A stretch of DNA of 61,162 bases, the filler included, from Deltaproteobacteria bacterium (GTDB lineage Bacteria; JACQOV01), in assembly GCA_016202395.1 (NCBI GenBank). It is 4 parts of 4 records of this genome, joined end to end, with 100 filler letters (N's around TTAATTAATTAA, not from the genome) between each part and the next. Parts side by side here need not be neighbours in the genome. Positions count along the whole stretch, not along the records: positions 1 to 29,523 come from JACQOV010000011.1; 3 more parts are not named here. One strand, given 5' to 3'. Each line of letters starts with the position of its first letter. Positions within the stretch are counted from its first letter, which is position 1. A program made the position numbers and the translations under genes. Positions 17,675-26,392 of the stretch are shown here, piece by piece. The notes under the pieces are model-generated. The model saw only the letters and a program-made list of their open reading frames with translations, made no database searches and was not told the DNA's origin.

Positions 17675-19309
17675 ATGGCGTTTTTAGATGGTGGACAGCT
17701 GGTTGCTCGCGCCCTCAAACAGGAGGGAGTGGAATGCATCTTCACATTGAGTGGTTTTCATATCGCCCAGATCTACAACGGTTGCCTCGACGAAGGGATC
17801 CGGATCATCGATACCCGCCACGAGCAAGCTGCCGCGCATGCCGCCGATGGTTGGGCTCGGATCACGCGCAAAGTGGGGGTCGCGGTTGTGACTGCGGGGC
17901 CGGGGGTTACGGATGCTGTTACCGGGGTGGCCAATGCCTATCAAGCCGATAGCCCGATGCTTCTGATTGGAGGACAGGGGCCTCTGATTCAGGCCGAGAT
18001 GTGGCCGCTTCAGGAGATGGACCATGTCACGCTAATGCAATCGATCACGAAATGGTCCCGCTCCGTTCATGAAGCCCGTCGCATTCCGGAATATCTTTCA
18101 ATCGCTTTTCGACAGGCTCTTTCGGGTCGAATGGGGCCTGTTTTTTTGGAAGCGCCGTGGGATATCCTTACCAACTCCATCGATGAAGAGAACGTTTTAT
18201 TCCCCAAAAAATATCGGACGGAGGCTCAAACCTTAGGAGATCCTGTTTATATCCAAAAGGCGATTCAAACTCTTGAAAAGGCCAAAAGACCGGTTCTCAT
18301 CGCAGGAGGATCGGTGTGGTGGGGACATGCTGAGAAAAAAATGGTGGAGTTTATCGATCGATCTCAGATTCCGGTTTATCTCAACGGAATGGGGCGCGGT
18401 TGTGTCCCGACCGATCATCTCTGCTTTTTTCAATATACCCGAAAACACGCGTTAGCCGCGGCCGATGTCATCTTAGTGATCGGAACGCCCCTCGATTTCC
18501 GGCTCGGCTATGGAAAGGGCTTTAATCCGGAAGCGACGGTGATCCGAGTGGAGGTGGATGCCGCACAGATTGGCCACAATCGGGATATTGATATTGGGAT
18601 CGTAGGCTCGACCGGCGCGGTTTTGGAGCAACTGACACAAGGGATTTCAGCATGCGATACAAAAGAATGGCTTGCAGAACTTCGAACCGAAGAAAAACAA
18701 GCTCGCGCTCGAATGGAGCCAGCGATGCATGCGAACTCTTCTCCGGTTCATCCGTATCGATTCGCCTATGAGATTGATCAATTTATCGATGAGGAGACGG
18801 TGTTAATTGGCGATGGAGGCAATATTGTGGGGAATGCCTCGAAGGTGATTCGTGTGAACCGCCCGGGCCAGTGGCTCGATCCAGGGCGTTTTGGATGTTT
18901 AGGAGTCGGAATGCCATTTGCGTTGGCGGCCCAGGTGGCGCGGCCAAGGTCTAAGGTTTTGGTAATCTATGGCGACGGCTCTTTCGGTTTTAATGGAATG
19001 GAATTTGATACGGCGATTCGTCACAAACTTCCCATCGTTGCCATTGTGGGAAACGATGCCGCTTGGACGCAGATTCGGGAGCCTCAAATCTCTGTTTTTG
19101 GCGAGGATCGCGCTCCAGCCACCACACTTCTCCCCACACGGTACGATAAAATTGTGGAGGCGATGGGGGGGCATGGAGAGTATGTGGAGCGACCGGAGGA
19201 GATTCGGCCCGCGTTAGAGCGAGCGTTTGGTTCCGGCAAGCCTGCGTGCGTGAATGTGATGATTGATTCGAAGGAGAACAGGGGGAGCTACGGCGGAGTG
19301 GGATTATGA
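17675..19309 (+). CDS. ThDP-dependent enzyme (acetolactate synthase-like / 2-hydroxyacyl-CoA lyase family)
   Basis: RHEQAAAHAADG, TAGPG and GDGSFGFNGME..N motifs. Confidence 0.9.
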   Translation: MAFLDGGQLVARALKQEGVECIFTLSGFHIAQIYNGCLDEGIRIIDTRHEQAAAHAADGWARITRKVGVAVVTAGPGVTDAVTGVANAYQADSPMLLIGGQGPLIQAEMWPLQEMDHVTLMQSITKWSRSVHEARRIPEYLSIAFRQALSGRMGPVFLEAPWDILTNSIDEENVLFPKKYRTEAQTLGDPVYIQKAIQTLEKAKRPVLIAGGSVWWGHAEKKMVEFIDRSQIPVYLNGMGRGCVPTDHLCFFQYTRKHALAAADVILVIGTPLDFRLGYGKGFNPEATVIRVEVDAAQIGHNRDIDIGIVGSTGAVLEQLTQGISACDTKEWLAELRTEEKQARARMEPAMHANSSPVHPYRFAYEIDQFIDEETVLIGDGGNIVGNASKVIRVNRPGQWLDPGRFGCLGVGMPFALAAQVARPRSKVLVIYGDGSFGFNGMEFDTAIRHKLPIVAIVGNDAAWTQIREPQISVFGEDRAPATTLLPTRYDKIVEAMGGHGEYVERPEEIRPALERAFGSGKPACVNVMIDSKENRGSYGGVGL

Positions 19310-19435
19310 ACAAACGCAATAAATGCTCTGATACTTCGTTGGACTCCCTCGGCACTCGCTCAGCGTACGCCGCAAAGTACGCTTCGCTCGGCCTCGGTTG
19401 TCCGCCTCGTCTCAGAAGCATTTCTTGCGTTTGTT
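19309..19435. repeat. About 127-bp structured palindromic element (family D), copy 1
   Basis: aacaaacgcaataaatgct / agcatttcttgcgtttgtt termini; near-identical interior to 29167-29292. Confidence 0.88.
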
Positions 19436-19449
19436 TGAGGGCCATTTAA

Positions 19450-20019
19450 ATGGACCCAACATTGAGAAAATTTACGCCTAAGTGTGGGGAGAGCGTGCTG
19501 GTTGTGATCGATGTACAGGAAAAGCTTTCCAATGCTATGAACCCGGCAGAGATGAAGTGTGTGACGGAGAGTATCGTTCGGTCGATTGAAGGGGCTCACA
19601 CCTTGCGTGTGCCGGTTTTGGTGACGGAACAGTATCCGAAAGGTTTAGGCCCTACTCTTCCGCCCATCCAGCAGGCTTTAGGGGAGGCTCCCGTTTTAGA
19701 AAAAGTTGTTTTTAGCTGTTGCGGAGCTCCTAATTTTTTGGAGAGGCTCAAACAAACGAAGGCAAATACTGCCGTGCTTGTGGGGATGGAGACGCACGTC
19801 TGTGTGCTTCAAACAGCTCTAGATCTTTTGCAGAAAGGTTATCATGTACAAATTCTTGCGGATGCGGTAATCTCTCGCAGTCCGGAGAATAAAAGGATCG
19901 GTCTAGATTTGATGCGCGAGGCCGGAGCGGTGGTATCGTCTGTGGAAACAGTATTGTTCCAATGGACCGAAAAAGCTGGCACGGAAGAATTTAAAATGAT
20001 TTCAAGATTAGTTCGATAA
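19450..20019 (+). CDS. Isochorismatase-family hydrolase
   Basis: VIDVQEKL, TEQYPKGLG, FSC and ETHVCVLQT motifs. Confidence 0.92.
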   Translation: MDPTLRKFTPKCGESVLVVIDVQEKLSNAMNPAEMKCVTESIVRSIEGAHTLRVPVLVTEQYPKGLGPTLPPIQQALGEAPVLEKVVFSCCGAPNFLERLKQTKANTAVLVGMETHVCVLQTALDLLQKGYHVQILADAVISRSPENKRIGLDLMREAGAVVSSVETVLFQWTEKAGTEEFKMISRLVR

Positions 20020-20612
20020 TGAAACTTGAATTTTTCTACGATTTCAGCAGTCCCTATTCTTACCTGGCTTCCACTCAAGTTGAAGATCTAGCAAAATACT
20101 ATCCGGTTGAGATTGTGTGGAGGCCCTTTTTGCTGGGCGGGGTTTTTAACGCAATTGGGAGTGGTAACAACATGCGGGTTCCCGCCAAAGGTCGGAACAT
20201 GATCCAAGATGTGCAGGATTGGGCCCGTTACTATGGAATCTCTGTCAAATGGCCTTCGATTTTTCCTCTGAACTCCGTGAAGGCTTTGAGAGGCTGCTAT
20301 GTCGCGGAGAAAGAAAGGAAACAGATTCCATACTCTCAGGCTTGCTTCAAGGCTTATTGGGTCGATGACAAAGATCTCAATCAAGAACCGGTTTTAAGAG
20401 AGGTTGCCGCGCAGATTGGACTCGATCCCAACGTTCTGCTCGAACAGATCCAGAGCCAAGAGATCAAGGATCGCCTTCGAGCCGATACCGACGAAGTGAT
20501 TCAACGAGGAGGTTTTGGAGCCCCACTCTTTTTTATTAAAGATAAGATGTTCTGGGGTCAAGATCGTCTGCCATTGATTGAAGAATTCCTCAAAAAAGAG
20601 GCGCAACCATGA
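20019..20612 (+). CDS. 2-hydroxychromene-2-carboxylate isomerase / DsbA-kappa-GST family
   Basis: FFYDFSSPYSYLA, GFGAP and FWGQDRL motifs. Confidence 0.9.
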   Translation: MKLEFFYDFSSPYSYLASTQVEDLAKYYPVEIVWRPFLLGGVFNAIGSGNNMRVPAKGRNMIQDVQDWARYYGISVKWPSIFPLNSVKALRGCYVAEKERKQIPYSQACFKAYWVDDKDLNQEPVLREVAAQIGLDPNVLLEQIQSQEIKDRLRADTDEVIQRGGFGAPLFFIKDKMFWGQDRLPLIEEFLKKEAQP

Positions 20613-21193
20613 CGAAAACGGTTGAGTTCTTCTACGACTTTGCAAGCCCCTACACTTATCTCGCCTCCACTCAGATTGAGGAGATTTGCAAGCATCATGG
20701 AGCCAAACTTCAATGGAGGCCGTTTCTTTTGGGGGCCGTTTTTAAGGCCTCCGGCAATGTGCCTCCCTCTCAAGTGGCTCCCAAGGCTCAATATATGCTG
20801 CGGGATCTCCACGACTGGGCCGAGTACTTTGAGGTCCCTTTTAAATTTCCGAGCACCTTTCCCCCCAATTCTCTCAAGTCCATGCGAGCTGCTTTAGTGG
20901 CGGAGCGAGAAGGGAGGCTCGTCCCTTTTTCTCATGCCTGTTTCAAAGCCTTTTGGGTCGAAGATCGCAATATCTCTGAGTCTGATGTGATTGCGGCGAT
21001 TGGAGAACAAGTAGGGATTCCGCGTGAAAAACTTCTCGCAGGCGTTGAAGAGCCAGAGATCAAAGACAAACTCAAGGCCAACACGGAGGAGGCCGTTGCG
21101 CGCGGCGCCTTCGGCGCTCCCGCCTTTTTCATGGGTGACAGGCTATTCTGGGGTCAAGATCGCCTCGTCCTCCTTGAAGAGGCATTAAAGTAA
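20609..21193 (+). CDS. 2-hydroxychromene-2-carboxylate isomerase / DsbA-kappa-GST family (paralog)
   Basis: FFYDFASPYTYLA, GAFGAP and FWGQDRL motifs. Confidence 0.9.
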   Translation: MTKTVEFFYDFASPYTYLASTQIEEICKHHGAKLQWRPFLLGAVFKASGNVPPSQVAPKAQYMLRDLHDWAEYFEVPFKFPSTFPPNSLKSMRAALVAEREGRLVPFSHACFKAFWVEDRNISESDVIAAIGEQVGIPREKLLAGVEEPEIKDKLKANTEEAVARGAFGAPAFFMGDRLFWGQDRLVLLEEALK

Positions 21194-21199
21194 AGTGAT

Positions 21200-21598
21200 T
21201 TATATCTTGAAAATTTTGAGAGGGGTACAAGAGGCGATTTTGTCAAAATCGCGATCGTTATGGAATAGAGGCAAATCGTTCTCTATGGCAACAGCAGCTA
21301 CTAAACAATCCGCCGTTTTTCTCACCGTTTCCCCCTGTTGGCGACAAATTCTGTAGATCTTAGCTGCGTGTATGTAAGTTTGAAGGTCGTCGATAGGGAG
21401 GATGGGTAAGTTTAAAAGGTAACGCTTAGTCCTTTCAAACTCAATGTCGTTTTTGGTTCCCTGGAGGATTTCCGTGAGATGAAGTGATGTCAGGGCAGCT
21501 GGATTCCCTTCTTCGATCCAATCGTGGAGTTTATGTCGAAAGGGGGTTTCCTTTCCCTCAAAGAAATCAATCCAAACCGTTGTATCCACAAGGATCAT
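21200..21598 (-). CDS. vapC: PIN-domain VapC toxin
   Basis: MILVDTTVWIDF, E, DCLVAA and HNDRDF acidic residues. Confidence 0.92.
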   Translation of the reverse strand: MILVDTTVWIDFFEGKETPFRHKLHDWIEEGNPAALTSLHLTEILQGTKNDIEFERTKRYLLNLPILPIDDLQTYIHAAKIYRICRQQGETVRKTADCLVAAVAIENDLPLFHNDRDFDKIASCTPLKIFKI

Positions 21599-21795
21599 AC
21601 GCGGCTCTTGCGCATTTCGTCGAGATTCCCAACCCACTGGATTTTCCCTTCCAACTCGAGGATCTTCTTAAGATTTTTACGACGGACAAAATCGCGTAGA
21701 GCAGTATTCACAAGCTCTTTTTTCGTTTTAATGCCTGTCAATCTCATTCCTTTGTGAACTAAACGATCATCCAACACAATATTGGTTCGAGCCAT
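21595..21795 (-). CDS. vapB: VapB antitoxin
   Basis: MARTNIVLDD..TKKELVNTAL..W.GNLDEMR; ATGA overlap with vapC; RBS GGAGG. Confidence 0.9.
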   Translation of the reverse strand: MARTNIVLDDRLVHKGMRLTGIKTKKELVNTALRDFVRRKNLKKILELEGKIQWVGNLDEMRKSRV

Positions 21796-21857
21796 GTTTT
21801 CCTCCAATGTGTATAAAGTATCAGTTTTAGGTGTATATGTCAATGGCATTTGTTTTG

Positions 21858-22514
21858 TTATTTTCTTGCATAAGCAGTTTTGTCTTGAACCTTAGCTTGC
21901 TTGAAAGCTTTTTGTCTTTCGGCGCATTTGTTGCAGTGGCCGCAGTGTTTCCCATTTTTGGGGTTCAAACAGGAAAAAGTAAGCTCTAAGGGGAGTTTTT
22001 CTCCTCTTTGTATCACCTCCATCTTCGTCATTTGAAGATAAGGGGTTTTGATTTTTAGCGCGAACCCTGTCCCTTTGCGAATGAGCCGCTCGAACATCCT
22101 AAAAAATTGGGGCTTGCTATCGGAGAAGGGGTTTCCTTGAAGAGGCGCGAGATAAAGCTGAGGGATCTTTTTCTGAACGCAGTAAAGAGAGGCGAGCGCA
22201 ACCAGTCCGAGATTTCTTCCGGGGAGATAAACCGCTTGGTCTTTGGAGTGGAAACCAGGAACTTTTTTATTTGTCACACTCCAATGGTTCCCATAGATCG
22301 GTTGGATCGGAAACTCCAGGATCGTTAAGGGTTTTAGAGAAGAGGTGTGGATCGCTTTTAAAAAACGTTGCAGAGATTTTAATTCGTCAGTCTCCCAGCG
22401 AAGCCCTTCCCGAATGTAGAGGGGATAAACGATGTTATCCCGGCAGACCCGCTCCGCCAGAAGTGTGGCGCTATCGAGCCCCCCACTGACCAACACCGCA
22501 GATTTTTCTATCAT
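21858..22514 (-). CDS. queC: 7-cyano-7-deazaguanine synthase
   Basis: SGGLDS, YLPGRN and SC..HCGHCNKC motifs. Confidence 0.9.
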   Translation of the reverse strand: MIEKSAVLVSGGLDSATLLAERVCRDNIVYPLYIREGLRWETDELKSLQRFLKAIHTSSLKPLTILEFPIQPIYGNHWSVTNKKVPGFHSKDQAVYLPGRNLGLVALASLYCVQKKIPQLYLAPLQGNPFSDSKPQFFRMFERLIRKGTGFALKIKTPYLQMTKMEVIQRGEKLPLELTFSCLNPKNGKHCGHCNKCAERQKAFKQAKVQDKTAYARK

Positions 22515-22561
22515 ACCTTTCTTGACGCTCATTTTCACATCCACTATTATCCCTTTATCAC

Positions 22562-23296
22562 ATGAAAATCAAAGGATCTACGGTTTTAATTACGGGGGCT
22601 GCAAGAAGGGTGGGTCGAGAGATTGCTTTAGCCATGGCTCGCGCAGGGGCCCATGTCATTGTCCACTATCGAAATTCGCAGAAAGAAGCAAAAAGGCTAG
22701 CTGCCGAAATTCAATCGTTAGGCGTAAAAGCAAGTTTGATAAAAGCGGATCTTTCTCAGATAAGACAAGTCCACAGACTCTTGACAACGATTTCGAAGCG
22801 ATCTTCTCCCATCGATGTTCTCATCAATAATGCCTCTGTTTTTTATAGAACTCCGCTTCAAAATGTGACAGAGAAACAGTGGGACGAAATTTTCAACACG
22901 AATCTTCGGGCCCCCTTTTTTCTTTCACGGGATATCGGCTTAAGAATGAAAAAAGCGGGGAAGGGGAAGATTATTAATATTGCGGATTGGAGCGGCCTTC
23001 GCCCTTATAGTGGGTATATCCCTTATTGCCTTTCCAAGGGGGCTTTGATGACGATGACTCAGGCTTTAGCTCGGGATCTCGCCCCTGAAGTGCAAGTGGT
23101 TGCCGTGGCTCCAGGCCCCGTGATGTGGCCTGAGGGCTTGGGAGAAAAAGAAAAGAGAACTGTTATTGAGAAAACTCCGCTACGCCGTTTGGGATCGCCC
23201 AAAGATGTGGTGGAAACAGTGCGATTTTTAGTGGAGGGCTCTGATTTTATGACCGGCTCAACGATTTTTGTCGATGGAGGCCGACTGATTGCTTAA
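22562..23296 (+). CDS. Pteridine reductase/FolM-like SDR
   Basis: TGAARRVG, NNAS and YCLSK motifs; adjacent to queD. Confidence 0.85.
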   Translation: MKIKGSTVLITGAARRVGREIALAMARAGAHVIVHYRNSQKEAKRLAAEIQSLGVKASLIKADLSQIRQVHRLLTTISKRSSPIDVLINNASVFYRTPLQNVTEKQWDEIFNTNLRAPFFLSRDIGLRMKKAGKGKIINIADWSGLRPYSGYIPYCLSKGALMTMTQALARDLAPEVQVVAVAPGPVMWPEGLGEKEKRTVIEKTPLRRLGSPKDVVETVRFLVEGSDFMTGSTIFVDGGRLIA

Positions 23297-23716
23297 ATGT
23301 ATCGTGTGGTGAAACAGATCGATTTTTGCTATGGCCATCGTCTGATGAATTATGAAGGGATGTGCAAGCATCCCCATGGCCACAATGGGCGTGTCGAGAT
23401 TGAACTCTCTTCGGAGGGGCTTGACGAGCGTGGGATGGTTGCTGATTTTGGCGATATTAAAAAAGCGGTAAAAAAGTGGATCGACGAAAAAATGGACCAT
23501 CGCATGATTCTTCGCAGAGACGATCCCCTGATTTCAGTCTTCAGGAAGATGAAAGAGCCTTTTTACCTCATGGATGAGAATCCCACCGCAGAGAATATCG
23601 CGAAAGAGATTTACCAGTACGTTGCCTCTCAAAAATTCCCCGTAACAGAGATCCGTTTTTGGGAGTCGGTTTCTTCTTTTGCCGTCTATCGCCCTTCCTC
23701 TCAACGATCTGGTTAA
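23297..23716 (+). CDS. queD: 6-carboxytetrahydropterin synthase
   Basis: GHRL..C.HPHGHN, DH, NPTAENIA and WES motifs. Confidence 0.9.
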   Translation: MYRVVKQIDFCYGHRLMNYEGMCKHPHGHNGRVEIELSSEGLDERGMVADFGDIKKAVKKWIDEKMDHRMILRRDDPLISVFRKMKEPFYLMDENPTAENIAKEIYQYVASQKFPVTEIRFWESVSSFAVYRPSSQRSG

Positions 23717-24144
23717 AGATTTTCAAAGATTTATGTTGCATTGGGCCCTTTTTTGTGACAAACTGCGTTTGTCCTTTCGGATCCTCATGCTTTCTTAAGG
23801 GGATCAGGACACACCTCGCAAGGCTAGGGTTGGTTCGAGGGGCCAGCGTAGTTCGCCGGTTGCTTTTCAACCAGAAATTAACTTGTCGCGTCATAAAATA
23901 TGATGCGATGCGTCTAACTTAGTGATTCTAAAAGCTTTTTATCTGTTGGGTGTCAAGCTCTTTTGACAGTAGGGGTGTCAAGAAGTTCAACACCTTATTG
24001 ACTCTATTTTTCAAGGAGTTATCTCTTTTATGGGGTTTTATGTGTGAATTTTTTTTAACAGACTCGGTGAATCTTCAGGCATGGAAATTCCTAAAAACTA
24101 AGCAGATTCAATGCACTAGAAAGGGGAGAGTCCGATTATGAATA

Positions 24145-24160
24145 TGGCATAGTTTTTGCA
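24145..24160 (+). promoter_or_regulatory. sigma54 promoter
   Basis: TGGCATagtttTTGCA; upstream TGTCAA-N6-TTGACA palindrome at 23951-23968. Confidence 0.7.
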
Positions 24161-24218
24161 GCTTATAGGACCAGACTCGAGAGGATAATGATGCGCTGCA
24201 TCATTAAGAAAGGAGCTA

Positions 24219-26324
24219 ATGATGAAGTTAATTCCTAAAACTCTCACCTTCTTAGGGAAGGTACTGTTGGGGGCCCTGGTTTTTATGTTAGGGACCCCTC
24301 TTATCTTTGGGTCTAAGCTCTTTGAACGAGATTTGGATAGGCCAGGTTGGCCCGTCGATTTCATTTATAGGAATCCCAATCAAAGCATTAATCCTGCTGA
24401 TTTACCCCATCCCTATACTGACTTCAATCTTCTAAAATATAACAACCTTGAAAAATATCCTGCGTTTTTCAGTCCGGTCTTTCGATACAATGAGGAAGGG
24501 AGGGCCTACGTTGAAGCTTTATCCGTTGAAAACGAAACCGCCGTGTTACCTTCGCAGCACATCTACCGTTTTCCGGTGATGTGGGAGGACCGCAGCCTTA
24601 TTGACGGTGGCGAAGAATGGGCCAAGCCTCAATGCGTCACTTGCGGAGAGAATAACGGGACGTTCGAGACGAGAAATACTTATCCTGACTACACGCCTGA
24701 CGGTAATTATGTCATTTTTATTTCGAATCGTCACCGAGGGACTGGGATTACAGCTCCCCTCACTTGTGGGGAACTCTATCTGGTGGGGGTCGATGGCTCG
24801 AATCCAACCCGATTAACCAATACGACAGAAACTGGGTTAGGATGTATTCGGGTTCCACAGGTTCATCCCGCATTTATCGATGGAGAACCCACCGTGGGTT
24901 GGACTCAAGTGTCTCCGAATGGGGTGATGCGTCTGTTTTATACAAAGCTTGTGGATCGAGAAATGAACCCTTCAGAGCCCTGTTTCTATGATGATCCGAT
25001 GAAGCCTGAGGTGTTGCGTGGTTCATCTACTCGGCCTGGTGTTGCCCGTGGGGGTACACGCGCCCTTCCATCTCAAAAAACGGCCAAATATTGTTTAAGC
25101 GCCGATGTTCGGGAGTTACGGATTGGATATAAAGATGAAAATGAATCCCCCGAGGCGCTGGCTCGATCTCGAGCTTGGAAAGAGTGGCATTTTTACACGC
25201 CTGGACTTGGGGATTGGTGGGGGGTCTCCACAACGTTGGACTCCATGTTAAATGTTGATATGTTTTTTGTTTCATATCATCGACAGGAGGCCCGTCGAGT
25301 CACACAGAACCGTGGAGACCAAGAGGTGTGCATCCTGGATCCTTCGGGGTTAGGGATGTTTTGTCAGGAGGGGCCGGAAGAACAGGTGGCCCGAGTGATC
25401 CCTGAACCGCTCCCCTCCTTTTTTGATAGTTTCCTCATCGGCTTTGCAATTCTTTTCATCCAAACCCATCGGGCAGGGGATTGGACCTCGGATGCTGTAT
25501 ATCACGATTATTTGAAGCGTCAGAGTAAAATAGTGGGGGGGAAAGAGAAAGGGTATATGGTCGGGCCTGGTCCGTATATAGAACTCACCGATTGTCAAAC
25601 GTTTGGTCTATTCCGATCAGGATGGGCCAATTCCGATCCCGATCCGGACCAGTGGACATGGGAAAGGGGTTGCATTGTTTTGGAGGGGGACCCTGAACAG
25701 GTTTACACTCGCGAGGGGATTTTCCCTAGAGGGGAGGCTCCCAATAACGTGATTCCTCTCATCTTAACCCGAGACGATTTTGAGATTTGGCCCACAACAG
25801 AGGTTTCGATTCAGGAGATCGAAACGGATCCAGAACCACTTCGCCTAACCTTTACTCCGGATATTCCAGCGAATCCCGGAGATCGGTTCCCTATCAATCC
25901 GGGGGGAAGAATGAACATTATTTTGAATACGGTGCTTACCGAAACCGCGATTTATTCCGACAGTTATGTGGAGTTCTACGAATTCCCTTTTAAGGAATGC
26001 ACTATTACCGGAAGAATGGATTTTACTTATGAGACTAAGGACATGGAGATTTTGGGGTATCCCATTGCATCGATCCCCGATTTTAATCTGGACACCAGCG
26101 ACTTAGAAGGGCATCTCGGGCAGCCTCTTCTATTGAATTGCGATGGAATCGAAAAGAAGGTGACGATGGACTGGAGTATTTATCGAGGTCTCAAAACGAC
26201 TTTGGACATGCCCAGCACCACGCAGTACAAAACACATTTGAACCTACCCCTGTGTTATCTCATCGAAGTGGTTGCGGGAATCAATATTCCGGATGTGCTG
26301 GAACCTTTTCTAGGATGTGAATGA
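24219..26324 (+). CDS. Secreted protein with a TolB/PD40-like propeller repeat (paralog 1)
   Basis: N-terminal hydrophobic signal; YPDYTPDGNYVIFISNR..ELYLVGVDGSNPTRLT. Confidence 0.7.
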   Translation: MMKLIPKTLTFLGKVLLGALVFMLGTPLIFGSKLFERDLDRPGWPVDFIYRNPNQSINPADLPHPYTDFNLLKYNNLEKYPAFFSPVFRYNEEGRAYVEALSVENETAVLPSQHIYRFPVMWEDRSLIDGGEEWAKPQCVTCGENNGTFETRNTYPDYTPDGNYVIFISNRHRGTGITAPLTCGELYLVGVDGSNPTRLTNTTETGLGCIRVPQVHPAFIDGEPTVGWTQVSPNGVMRLFYTKLVDREMNPSEPCFYDDPMKPEVLRGSSTRPGVARGGTRALPSQKTAKYCLSADVRELRIGYKDENESPEALARSRAWKEWHFYTPGLGDWWGVSTTLDSMLNVDMFFVSYHRQEARRVTQNRGDQEVCILDPSGLGMFCQEGPEEQVARVIPEPLPSFFDSFLIGFAILFIQTHRAGDWTSDAVYHDYLKRQSKIVGGKEKGYMVGPGPYIELTDCQTFGLFRSGWANSDPDPDQWTWERGCIVLEGDPEQVYTREGIFPRGEAPNNVIPLILTRDDFEIWPTTEVSIQEIETDPEPLRLTFTPDIPANPGDRFPINPGGRMNIILNTVLTETAIYSDSYVEFYEFPFKECTITGRMDFTYETKDMEILGYPIASIPDFNLDTSDLEGHLGQPLLLNCDGIEKKVTMDWSIYRGLKTTLDMPSTTQYKTHLNLPLCYLIEVVAGINIPDVLEPFLGCE

Positions 26325-26392
26325 ACATTGAGAGGATCGTTATAAAGTAAAAAGAACACGTATCTAAAGGAGGGGCAGGAAGAGAGGCGCTA

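Noticed and set aside
21858-23716. queC/queD (with queF) as a dpd 7-deazaguanine DNA-modification system
   Set aside because: No dpdA/tgtA5 or other dpd genes; queF points to ordinary queuosine synthesis.
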